Shown here: piece by piece, positions 1 through 8,212 of the stretch
Layout: each line of letters starts with the position of its first letter
How positions within the stretch are numbered: the first letter of the stretch is position 1
NCBI GenBank assembly: GCA_028864975.1
Contig: JAGWLG010000044.1
Location: 1 to 21,891 of the forward strand
Reading direction: 5' to 3'
Length of the DNA: 21,891 nucleotides
From: Thermoplasmata archaeon
GTDB lineage: Archaea; Thermoplasmatota; Thermoplasmata; Lutacidiplasmatales; UBA184
Notes under the pieces: generated by a model
What the model saw: the letters and a program-made list of their open reading frames with translations, nothing else
Database searches by the model: none
Told to the model about the DNA's origin: nothing
Program-made: the position numbers and the translations under genes

Positions 1-175
1 TCCATCACGGACCTCGTAGGGACGCCTAGAGCCTCGAACGGTGGGGAACTCCGTCCGGCCGAGCCTTCCCGCGGGGTGGGCGCCGGAGAACCGCGGGTCG
101 TTTGGCGGATGAGGCGCGCCGCCACACGTCCAAGACCATACCCCACTGTGGACTTTCCTCTCCCCAGGACGGACC

Positions 176-1462
176 CTATTCTGGGAGGAAGGAGGGCTCC
201 GGTCCCGTACTGGGGCTTCTCTCGGCGAGCGCTCCAGGTCCCGTCAAGAGGGCGGGGTGGGGAACGGGCGCTGCGGGGGTGGGGGGCGCGGGGCCCGAGG
301 GCTCGGTGGGGGCCAAGGGGGAGGGATTCTCTCCCGGTGACACGGGAGGGCACGGCGAAGGAAGGTCGGGCAGCAGGAAGCGGCTCGAGCTGCCTCCACG
401 TCCGCCGATCCGTACCTCACGACGTAGGATGCCGGAGCGTTCGAGCCGGATGGTGTGTCGCCAGAGGCGCGCGGGGCTCGGCACCCCGATCCCCTCACGA
501 CGGCATCGTTCCTGGACGTTCCGCCGCAATTCGCGAAGCGAGATCCCCCTTTGCGCTCGGCCCGGGAGGGAAGCCACGAGCGATTCCACGATGCAGCTGT
601 CGAGGGCCCGTGCGGTCCTCCTCGGCTCGACAGGGTCGGACGGCGGAGCCACGTCTTGAAGCCCGAGTCGGGACGATCCACGGGCCTGTGCACGACGGGC
701 GCTCGCCTCGAGGGTCGCGGCCGCGAGTCCCAGCCCCCAGCCGCGCGAGAGCAACAGCTCGCCGATCGCGATCAGGGCTTCGGGTTCCGGGGGGAGGGCA
801 AAGGCGGCCCGCGCCCGGTTCTCGAGCGCCTGGAGCACCTCCTCGGGGGAGAGCGCCGGGAGCCGCCGACGGAGGAACGGAAAGGTCGACCTCGCCTCAG
901 CGAGCTCGGGTAGATCGGAGGTTGGGTCGACCTCCCCCGAGGTCACGACGACGTACGGGGGTAGTCCCGCGTCGCCCTCCGGTAGCATCCGACCCGGCTC
1001 CAAGAGCGGCCGAAGCACTCGGGAGGTCCCGGGGCTGCCTTCCCTCACCTGGTCCAGCCAGATGAGGGTGGGTCGGTGGAGGGTCCGGATGCGCCGGAGC
1101 AAGAGCAGGGAGAGCAGCTCGGTCGAGGATCCCCGGGTTTCGAAGTCGGGGTCGATGCCCCGGAAGAGGGATCCCACCGCCGCGCAGGGGCTGTGCCCGG
1201 CCGACAGGTCGGCTCGGAGCAGCAGGGGCGGGGACGCCCGGTAGGAGTTCCACCACATGTCGTGGGCGCGGCGAACGAAGTGCTGGGCGACGCTGGAGGT
1301 CCCTGCCCCGCGGCTGCCCCAGAGGACCAGGGTGGCCCTGGCGTGGGAGTGGCAAGGCACCGGGAGCAGCTCTCCCAGCTCCCGGAGGAGGGCTTGGCGG
1401 CCCACGAGGGCCGGGGGGTTCCAGTCGGCGTGGAGGGCTCGGGGGTCTCGCCAGAAGGACAT
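176..1462 (-). CDS. cdc6: Orc1/Cdc6-family protein (AAA+ fold plus C-terminal winged helix), degenerate ATPase motifs, Pro-rich C-terminal tail
   Basis: N-terminus FWRDPRALHADWNPPALVGRQ matches the Orc1/Cdc6 'F....L...y.P..L..Re' pattern. Walker A position reads GSRGAGTS and Walker B reads LIWLDQV. The segment LRELRRNVQERC..G..VPSPARLWRHTIRLERSGILRREVRIGGRGG resembles the Cdc6 winged helix. ATG at 1462 preferred over TTG at 1474 because of the TATA-like element spacing. Confidence 0.8.
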   Translation of the reverse strand: MSFWRDPRALHADWNPPALVGRQALLRELGELLPVPCHSHARATLVLWGSRGAGTSSVAQHFVRRAHDMWWNSYRASPPLLLRADLSAGHSPCAAVGSLFRGIDPDFETRGSSTELLSLLLLRRIRTLHRPTLIWLDQVREGSPGTSRVLRPLLEPGRMLPEGDAGLPPYVVVTSGEVDPTSDLPELAEARSTFPFLRRRLPALSPEEVLQALENRARAAFALPPEPEALIAIGELLLSRGWGLGLAAATLEASARRAQARGSSRLGLQDVAPPSDPVEPRRTARALDSCIVESLVASLPGRAQRGISLRELRRNVQERCRREGIGVPSPARLWRHTIRLERSGILRREVRIGGRGGSSSRFLLPDLPSPCPPVSPGENPSPLAPTEPSGPAPPTPAAPVPHPALLTGPGALAERSPSTGPEPSFLPE

Positions 1463-1481
1463 GAGCGGAGGCAATGTTTCG

Positions 1482-1489
1482 TATTATAA
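1482..1489. promoter_or_regulatory. Archaeal TATA-box-like element (TATTATAA on +, TTATAATA on -; palindromic TTATAA core)
   Basis: AT-rich island in a GC-rich divergent intergenic region, 20-27 nt upstream of the cdc6-like ATG at 1462, consistent with a leaderless transcript. Confidence 0.6.
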
Positions 1490-1569
1490 GAAATCTCACA
1501 ACACGCGCCGGTCCGTGAGGTGGGTCCCCGAAGCTTCGAAAGGGCGGGAGGGCTGACCGGCCCTCCCCC

Positions 1570-2004
1570 GTGACGAAGCTACGCAAGCTCCAGTGGCAGC
1601 CCCCCGACCTCGCGAAGACCGTACTGGAGGTGGGCGAGCACGTTCTCCGGGCCTGGGACCTGGGCCACGGATGGTTCCTGCTGACCGAACGCCGAGGGCT
1701 CTACTTCGAGCGCGGTGGGTCCTGGGTGCGCCCCCGATTTCGCCTCCTCTGGTCCGCCCCCCTCGACGCGATGCGGGAGGTGGTCATCTCCGACAGGGGC
1801 GAGGCGGCAGCCCCGGTCGTCCTCGAGGGGCGGTCGACCGGACATCCTGGGGTGGTCGTGGGCTCCTTCCGTTCCGTCGGGCGCGCTCCTCCCCGTTTCG
1901 AGCTTCGCGTGGACCAGGACGCCTTCGAGCTCCCGGACCTGGCGACCGCCCACGACCTGCAGCGGTGCCTGAGCGAGGCGAGGCTCTCCCGGCTCGGTCC
2001 CTGA
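1570..2004 (+). CDS. Hypothetical protein, possibly PH-domain-like (144 aa)
   Basis: ORF fills the gap between cdc6-like and yjbQ without overlap. The pattern E-HVLRAW...WFLLTERRGLYF... plus a C-terminal amphipathic helix resembles prokaryotic PH-like domains (from memory, unverified). Confidence 0.6.
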   Translation: MTKLRKLQWQPPDLAKTVLEVGEHVLRAWDLGHGWFLLTERRGLYFERGGSWVRPRFRLLWSAPLDAMREVVISDRGEAAAPVVLEGRSTGHPGVVVGSFRSVGRAPPRFELRVDQDAFELPDLATAHDLQRCLSEARLSRLGP

Positions 2005-2010
2005 GAGGGC

Positions 2011-2421
2011 CTACTCGCCGATCGCCTTCACGATGACGCGCTTGCGCCGCTGCCCGTCGAACTCCGCGTAGAAGACCTGCTCCCAGGGACCCAGGTCGAG
2101 GTCGCCCTTCGTGATCGGAAGCAGCACCTGATGGCCCAGGAGGAGGTTCTTCAGATGGCAATCCCCATTGTCCTCCCCGGTGAGGTGGTGGCGGTAGTTC
2201 CCGGGAGGAGCGAGACGGTCGGCCCACTCCTGGATGTCCTGGATGAGCCCGCTCTCGTTGTCGTTCACGTAGACCGCCGCCGTGATGTGCATCGCGCTCA
2301 CCAGCACGAACCCTTCTCGGATGGCCGAGGCCTTGACGATCTCCCGCACCTTCTCCGTGATGTTGACGAACTCTCTTCGCTGTCGCGTCTGGAACCAGAG
2401 ATACTCGGTCGCGCTCTTCAT
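2011..2421 (-). CDS. yjbQ: YjbQ/UPF0047 family protein (secondary thiamine-phosphate synthase family), 136 aa
   Basis: Characteristic motifs [66 protein letters not shown] at 2421. Confidence 0.92.
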   Translation of the reverse strand: MKSATEYLWFQTRQRREFVNITEKVREIVKASAIREGFVLVSAMHITAAVYVNDNESGLIQDIQEWADRLAPPGNYRHHLTGEDNGDCHLKNLLLGHQVLLPITKGDLDLGPWEQVFYAEFDGQRRKRVIVKAIGE

Positions 2422-2602
2422 GGGCCTTCCCGCCGCAGGCGGAGGTAGACCCATCCTTTGATATCTGTGCGAACTAGGACGTCCGGCGGTTCGGCACCTG
2501 CCGACGCTCGAGGGGACATCCTGAAGAGGCGGGAAGGAGGTCGAGCATAGCACGACGATCACGGCGACCGCCCGCATCCTCAAAAACGTCATCCAGCTCG
2601 AG

Positions 2603-3031
2603 GTGGGCAAGGCGCACTTGGTCGCCCGCCCGCGGGTGACCGGGGCGACCTCGGTGGGACGGGCGATCTCCGCCCTCTTCTCGACCGAATACGAGATCTT
2701 CGCGGAGACCGACCCCGACCACCCGTTGGCCCACGTCTCCTACCTCGCCAAGCGCGACGAGATCGTCATCCAGAAGGACGACGAGCGCTGGCAGACCCGG
2801 AGCAGCGCCTTCGGACCAATGGTGGTCAATTACAATTCCATCGACTACCACATCTACGAAAAGATCACGGGGCGGTTCGCCATCCTCCGCGGGGAGGACA
2901 TGATCGCCGCCGGCGAGTGTCGCTTCCGGTCGGTGACGCTCCCGGAGTACCCGGCGGAGCTCGAAGAGTTCTTGGGGCGCCTCGCCCTCGGCCTTCTCAT
3001 TCGGACCCTCTTCTGGGAGCTCGCGTTCTGA
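2603..3031 (+). CDS. Hypothetical beta-strand-rich protein with hydrophobic C-terminal helix; true start probably near 2547
   Basis: Ordinary protein-like composition and biased codon usage. The frame stays open upstream to a TGA at 2522-2524, and a GGAGGT SD at 2536-2541 precedes AT-AGC-ACG at 2547. Confidence 0.7.
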   Translation: MGKAHLVARPRVTGATSVGRAISALFSTEYEIFAETDPDHPLAHVSYLAKRDEIVIQKDDERWQTRSSAFGPMVVNYNSIDYHIYEKITGRFAILRGEDMIAAGECRFRSVTLPEYPAELEEFLGRLALGLLIRTLFWELAF

Positions 3032-3127
3032 ACTCCCCTCAAGGGGTTTCCTCGCCGGGGGCACGGCCCCTTCGAGCCACCGGCATCCGCTTTGGCCCGC
3101 GAGGAGTCCGCGGGATGTCGAGGAGGG

Positions 3128-4618
3128 CTACGCCGCGGAACTCCGCTTCGATCGACGGCGGCTCGGAACTGGAGGTCGCGGTTCGTAAGGGGATTGATGG
3201 AAGCGGATGGGGACCAACATCAGCATCCCGATCACCACGATGAGCGCGGCCGCGAAGAAGGTGTCCTCGGCGCCGACCGCGTCGTAGAGGATCCCTCCCC
3301 AGAGCGTGCCGGCGAGCCCCCCGAGGCCCGCCAGCGCGTTGTACCATCCGAGGGCCTTCCCCCGGCTCCGCCCGTGGACCAGTCGCAGGAGGAAGAGGGT
3401 GCTGGCCGTGGAGAGGAAGGCCCAGCTGACCCCCATCGCCCCGTTGAGCAGGATCAGGGCGATCCGAAGCCCGTAGTACGAACCTCCCAGGAAGACCGGG
3501 ACGAAGAAGAAACACGGGATGATGAGCGCGCGCACGGCGAGGCTCAGCAGGAAGACCTTCTTCGGGTTCCCGTACTCTACCGCCAGCCCCGAGTGGTAGA
3601 AGAGCCCCGTCGCGAACCCGGCGCTCGCGAGGTAGACGAGGAAGATCCCGGATTGCGCGAGCTGAGCGCCATGCGAGGCATGGTCGGAGGTGAGGAAGAC
3701 GGGCAAGGGCCCGTAGAAGACCTGGAACCCGATGCTCATCACGAGAAGGGCCGCCAGGAAAGCGGTCTCTCCCCGGGGGAGGGTCCCCGGCACCCCCTTC
3801 GTCAGGTCGACGATGTGCAGGACCCTCCGTCGCGTTCGCCGGAAACGTTCGATCACGCCTCGGTCGCGGATGCCCATCTCGGCCAACTTGGCGCGGGAGA
3901 GCAAGGCGTGCGGCTCCTCCACCCACGCGAGCGCGGTCGCCGCTCCACCCAGCGCGAGGACCCCGGAGGTCCCCAGGAGCCAGCGCATCCCGTTCTGGGC
4001 CGCGGAGGAGCTGAAGGAGGTGGCGAGGGTGTGGGGGGTCGAGACCAGGAACCAGACGGATCCCAGCGCCAGACCTAGCACCGCGCCGACCCCCGAGATG
4101 AGGCCGAAGAGCCCGAGGTCGCGCGACCACCAGCGCTTGTTCCGCGTCTCGAGGAGGAGGACGGTGCCGATCGGCGCGGCGGCGGCGGAGGCGACCCCTT
4201 CGGCCAGGTTGAGCAGGAAGTAGTCCCCGATGGACATCGGGAACGCCATCAAGATGAGCAGGGACCCGGTCGCGGCGAACGAGGCGACGAGGAACCACTT
4301 GCGGTGCCGGACCCTGTCGGAGAGGTTCCCCCACAGGATCATGCAGGGGACCTCGAAGATGGTCGAGGCCGCGATGATCGCGGTCACGAAGAAGGCGTTG
4401 TGGTAGAGCCCGTACTCGGCGATGGCCAGGAGGGGGATGAGCGGGGTCGCGAGCCCGTCGGAGAGGGCGATGGGGAGGTAGGAGAGGAACCAGAGGTCCG
4501 AAGAGGACCGGCGCAAGGGGGGCGTGGGGATCTTGTAGCTCCTCTGAACGTCCTCCTCGAGGAGAGCGGCCTCTCCCGGCGAGACGAACCCCGCCGGACC
4601 CTCCCTCGTGCCCTCCAT
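3128..4618 (-). CDS. Major facilitator superfamily transporter
   Basis: About 12 hydrophobic segments. MFS motif A-like WGNLSDRVRHRK in the first half and RGKALGWYNALAGLGGLAGTLWGGILYD in the second half. Confidence 0.93.
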   Translation of the reverse strand: MEGTREGPAGFVSPGEAALLEEDVQRSYKIPTPPLRRSSSDLWFLSYLPIALSDGLATPLIPLLAIAEYGLYHNAFFVTAIIAASTIFEVPCMILWGNLSDRVRHRKWFLVASFAATGSLLILMAFPMSIGDYFLLNLAEGVASAAAAPIGTVLLLETRNKRWWSRDLGLFGLISGVGAVLGLALGSVWFLVSTPHTLATSFSSSAAQNGMRWLLGTSGVLALGGAATALAWVEEPHALLSRAKLAEMGIRDRGVIERFRRTRRRVLHIVDLTKGVPGTLPRGETAFLAALLVMSIGFQVFYGPLPVFLTSDHASHGAQLAQSGIFLVYLASAGFATGLFYHSGLAVEYGNPKKVFLLSLAVRALIIPCFFFVPVFLGGSYYGLRIALILLNGAMGVSWAFLSTASTLFLLRLVHGRSRGKALGWYNALAGLGGLAGTLWGGILYDAVGAEDTFFAAALIVVIGMLMLVPIRFHQSPYEPRPPVPSRRRSKRSSAA

Positions 4619-4655
4619 GGTCGCCGCCCTGGCTCGAGCCCCTCGATCCCGGGGA

Positions 4656-5219
4656 TCAGCTCGCGGCGACGCTCAGATGACGCAACAGGCGACGGAAGTC
4701 ACGCTCGGATACCCACTCCACCCGAAGGTAGTCCCGGAGGAACGTGTCCTGGGCGCCGAGACGTCGTGCCTCCCGGATCGCCACTTCGTACGCCTCGAGC
4801 TCGGTCGGCCGGTCGACGTAGGCGTACTCGGGGTCCCAGAGCTCGCGCCCGTTGAACCGCTGGATCACGTGGCAGAGCTCGTGCAGGATGTCGAGGTAAA
4901 CGACCAGCGGGGGGCTCTCCACCAGGTGGGAGTGCCCGACCACCACGCAGTCCTCGGCACTGACGACCGGACGCCAGCGCGCCCGTCGGTTGGAGGGGAC
5001 GCGGTGGGGCGCGACGTACATCCAGACGTCCTCGGGGACCACCTCGATCTGTGTGCGGGTGAGGACCTCGCGCTCCTCCTCCTTTCCCGGAAGGGCCCGG
5101 AACGCCTTGATCCGGTCCAATCCGGGGAAGACCTTGAGCAACGGGTACCTCCCCGGCAGGAGATCGCGTTGTATGCCGAACTCCGCAGGAGGCTCCACGC
5201 TCTTCCGGGCGGGAGGCAT
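4656..5219 (-). CDS. Small putative zincin-type metallopeptidase-like protein (HExxH), 187 aa
   Basis: ILHELCHVIQ (HELCH at 4883-4869) followed about 20 residues later by YVDRPTELEAY (candidate third ligand Glu). No signal peptide seen. Confidence 0.7.
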   Translation of the reverse strand: MPPARKSVEPPAEFGIQRDLLPGRYPLLKVFPGLDRIKAFRALPGKEEEREVLTRTQIEVVPEDVWMYVAPHRVPSNRRARWRPVVSAEDCVVVGHSHLVESPPLVVYLDILHELCHVIQRFNGRELWDPEYAYVDRPTELEAYEVAIREARRLGAQDTFLRDYLRVEWVSERDFRRLLRHLSVAAS

Positions 5220-5240
5220 CGGGTCACCGAACCGCCTCCG

Positions 5241-5248
5241 TAGTTAAG
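5241..5248 (-). promoter_or_regulatory. TATA-box-like element (CTTAACTA) for the HExxH gene
   Basis: AT-rich element 22-29 nt upstream of the ATG at 5219, consistent with leaderless spacing. Confidence 0.45.
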
Positions 5249-5287
5249 CGTGGTGCCAGCAGTGGAATCCGGGAACGAGGGAGACGG

Positions 5288-8071
5288 TCACTTCTCCGAC
5301 AGCTCGTCCTCCGGTACCTTCGACTTGTCGTCTTCCGTCGGGGAAGATGCCACCGCGGAGGTACGCTTGGTCTCCCCTCCGGACCCCCTGGAGAGCACCG
5401 ACTCGTCAGGCTCGGAGCGCTCCTTCTCCCACTCCTCCCAGACGGACCGGCGGGATTGCGCTTGCGTTCGGGCTTCCCGGACTCGAAGGACGAGCACCGC
5501 GAAGGCGAGCACGACCAGGGCGGCGAGGAGCCCCCACCCCTCCCAGGGGGAGAGTCCTGCCAGCGGGTTCGACCCGTTCGCGTTGGGGTTGGGGCCCGAA
5601 GGGCTCCCCGTCCCGTTCGGGACGACCGTGACCGGCACTTGCGCGCGAACGGTTACAAAGCCGCTCGCGGTCGCGCTCACCGCGATGAACGAGGTGGACC
5701 CCGGGGACGGGACCCGCGAGGGTGCCTCGTAGGCGACGATGAGCTGCCCGTGGGCGTCGGTCAGTCCTCCGGGGGACGTGAGGTTCCCTCCGATCGGCGG
5801 GTCGCCCAGCGCGAGGATGGCACCCTGCACCGGTTGGTCGAGGGAGGAGCTCACCGTGATGGCCAGGACCTTGGTCGTGCCCGCAAGGAGGAGCAGCGAC
5901 GCCGGAGCGAACTCCAGCACGAGCTGGGGGAGCGGATTGACCTCGGTCACCCACGCGTAGGTGCCGATCTCGTATCCCGGCTCCTCCACCGTGAGCGTGA
6001 GACCGGCCGTCGAGGTGCTCGACGACGCGGACCCCGCCACAAAGGTGGTCGTGACGTTGCCGGAGGTGCTCGTGTAGGCCGTGGTCGTGGAGGTGGTGCC
6101 CCCGAAGGCGGTGAACGAGGCGAGCGCCCCCGAGAGCGGGGGCCCCCCCGAACCCACCCGAACGGAGAAGGTGATGGAGAGCGACTGTCCGGAACTGAGC
6201 GAGACCGGGGGCGCCGGCTGTGCGAGGATGGCGAGGGGCGTGTCGTTCACCAGCCGGGGGGGCACGAGGACGATCCGCAACCAGCTGTTGTTCGTGAGCT
6301 TCCCCCACGACGCATTGACGTAGAGCGTCGCGTTCACCTCCTGCGACACGGCGGGGGCCGCGTAGGTGAAATTGGCCAGCCCTCGAGAGGAGGTCAGCTC
6401 GGTGGAGTTGCCGACCACGCTCCCCGGCTGCCCTGCGAACGCCACCCGCGCCCCCGAGGCGCTCGGCTGGCTCCCGTTCGGGTACCAGAGCTTTGCGGCG
6501 ACCGTGACGTTCGCACGTTGGGACCCCTCCACCCACGGCGGCGCGGAGATCGTGAGCAGCAACCGTGGAGCGCTCGGTGGGGTGGAGCTCCCTCCCACCG
6601 CGCGAAGCACCCCCCCCTCGCTCGCGACGAAGGCGACCCCCCGCAAGACCGCGGGGGAGCTCTCGATGGGCGAGGAGAGGTTCGAGTGCCACAGGACCGT
6701 CCGAGTGGCGGTGTCGACGGCGTCAAGGAGACCGGCGGGAGTTCCGAGCAGGACCTCTCCAGCCGAGGAGACCGGAGAGCCCAACGCAGGGGGGGTAACC
6801 CCGCCGGTCGACCAGGGTACGAATCCGATGGGCGCGACGTTCCCCGCCCCGGTCGAGTTCATGCCGAAGCGGAAGATCGCCAAGGTCCCGTTTCGTTCGT
6901 CCACGGTGAAGGTGAGGTTTCCGCCACGTTCCCCCAGGAGCGTCGGGGTTCCCGTGAATCCCCCACCGCCCACGGGGGTCGACCAGCTCGCCAGGACAAG
7001 GGGGGGAGCGCTCGCGGGGGCAGGCACCCCGAGCGGCGCGAGCACGCTCACCTCGCTTGGGCCGGAGCTCCCGGCGTCGTCCGCCACGATGGCGAGCGGC
7101 ACGTTCACGGTCTTTCCCCCGTGAGGCTCCCAAACGAACGGGGTCTGGACCGCCGACCCGTTGCTTGGTGCCGACAGCGGGAGCGGAGACCAGGAGATGC
7201 CCGGGAAGGAGAGGCCTGTCGTAGCGTTGTAGGCCACGAGCTCGCTTCCAGCGACCGCGAGCGCGAGCGGCACCGTCGGGGAGAGCACAGAGACCGGTTG
7301 GTCCACCGGACCCCCGAGCGGCCGGGCGTAGGCCAGGCTCCCGTCCTCGGTCCAGCCGTAGGCATATCCGGCCCCGGAATCCGCTTCCATCACGACGCCG
7401 TCGACGAGGTTCGGCGCGACGATGAACGGGCCGCGAACCCCGACCGAGGCGCTCCAGAGCACGCCGCCGTTCGTAGCGTTCAGGGCGTACAGGATGCCGC
7501 TCCCGTTCGAGGGGGACTGCCAGGCCGGGACGAACACCCGGTGGTCGGCGACCAGCAGACCTCCGAAGACCGGGACCTTGAGGGGCAACGTCGTCGACCA
7601 GAGGTAGGCTCCGGTGGTCGCGTTCAGCGCGATGACCCCTCCTGAGCTTCCTGTCCCTTCGTAGACGACCCCGTCCACCACGGCAGGAGCGGCGACCCCG
7701 GGTGCTCCCGTCGGAGCCACCGCCTGCGTCCCTGTGTAGGTCTCCCACAACGTGCCGTTCGTCGAAGGGGCCCCGGAGAAGGTCATCCCGCTCAGGTTGC
7801 CGCCCCCGGCGAAGCCGGGCCAGGAGGAGAGGGAGACCGTGGCGTTCCCCCCTGAAGAGCTCCCGGGGGCCGAAAGGTCGATCGAACGGAGCCAGGCGAG
7901 GTTCGTCGCGCGCTCGTTGGCAGGGGTCGACCCGGAGGGGGACCCCGGCTCCCACGGGAAGCAGGAGGTAGCCAGTGTGGCGACCCCCAGCAAGAGCATC
8001 GTCCGGAGCACGCGTGAGCTGCCCGAGCAACGGTGCGGGACTCGGCGTCCCTTGGAGGAGTCGGAGGTCAT
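5288..8071 (-). CDS. Membrane-anchored surface protein: PQQ-type beta-propeller repeats, Ig-like domains, C-terminal TM helix (~927 aa)
   Basis: Repeats IALNATTGAYLWS, LYALNATNGGVLWS, LVAYNATTG and LDAVDTATRTVLWH are PQQ/BamB-like. Ig-like strands T...G.A.F.Y.AP follow. C-terminal WGLLAALVVLAFAVLVLR precedes a charged tail, and N-x-S/T sequons are abundant. ATG 8071 has a GGAGGGG SD. Confidence 0.85.
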   Translation of the reverse strand: MTSDSSKGRRVPHRCSGSSRVLRTMLLLGVATLATSCFPWEPGSPSGSTPANERATNLAWLRSIDLSAPGSSSGGNATVSLSSWPGFAGGGNLSGMTFSGAPSTNGTLWETYTGTQAVAPTGAPGVAAPAVVDGVVYEGTGSSGGVIALNATTGAYLWSTTLPLKVPVFGGLLVADHRVFVPAWQSPSNGSGILYALNATNGGVLWSASVGVRGPFIVAPNLVDGVVMEADSGAGYAYGWTEDGSLAYARPLGGPVDQPVSVLSPTVPLALAVAGSELVAYNATTGLSFPGISWSPLPLSAPSNGSAVQTPFVWEPHGGKTVNVPLAIVADDAGSSGPSEVSVLAPLGVPAPASAPPLVLASWSTPVGGGGFTGTPTLLGERGGNLTFTVDERNGTLAIFRFGMNSTGAGNVAPIGFVPWSTGGVTPPALGSPVSSAGEVLLGTPAGLLDAVDTATRTVLWHSNLSSPIESSPAVLRGVAFVASEGGVLRAVGGSSTPPSAPRLLLTISAPPWVEGSQRANVTVAAKLWYPNGSQPSASGARVAFAGQPGSVVGNSTELTSSRGLANFTYAAPAVSQEVNATLYVNASWGKLTNNSWLRIVLVPPRLVNDTPLAILAQPAPPVSLSSGQSLSITFSVRVGSGGPPLSGALASFTAFGGTTSTTTAYTSTSGNVTTTFVAGSASSSTSTAGLTLTVEEPGYEIGTYAWVTEVNPLPQLVLEFAPASLLLLAGTTKVLAITVSSSLDQPVQGAILALGDPPIGGNLTSPGGLTDAHGQLIVAYEAPSRVPSPGSTSFIAVSATASGFVTVRAQVPVTVVPNGTGSPSGPNPNANGSNPLAGLSPWEGWGLLAALVVLAFAVLVLRVREARTQAQSRRSVWEEWEKERSEPDESVLSRGSGGETKRTSAVASSPTEDDKSKVPEDELSEK

Positions 8072-8212
8072 GGCCGATCGCTCCCCTCCCTTGCCGTCGC
8101 AGCCTGCCACCTCGATAATAAGCTAAAGCCGCCCGGCTCCTCTGAAGGCGGGGGGCCGACGGCGGGCCCGCGGGCCGGCGCTTCCTTTTACTTCCCCCCA
8201 TCTCCCCGCGCT

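Noticed and set aside
1-16. Possible start of a minus-strand gene (GAGGT, then ATG at 5-3) running off the window
   Set aside because: Only one or two codons are visible, so it cannot be supported.
141-158. ORB-like fragments near the cdc6-like gene (CCCCACTGTGGAC here; CTCCAGTGG near 1588-1596)
   Set aside because: Neither has the full TCCAxxxGAAAC plus G-string pattern, there are no repeated copies or AT-rich unwinding element, and the second lies in a coding region. No replication origin is supported.
3032-3127. Short GC hairpins between convergent genes (similar ones at 9849-9953)
   Set aside because: Stems are only 4-6 bp with no U-tract, tRNA fold or C/D boxes, which is expected by chance at this GC content.
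8162-8176. Overlapping GC palindromes GCGGGCCCGC and GGCCCGCGGGCC in the divergent promoter region
   Set aside because: All-G/C palindromes are common in this genome and no second copy was seen to support an operator.
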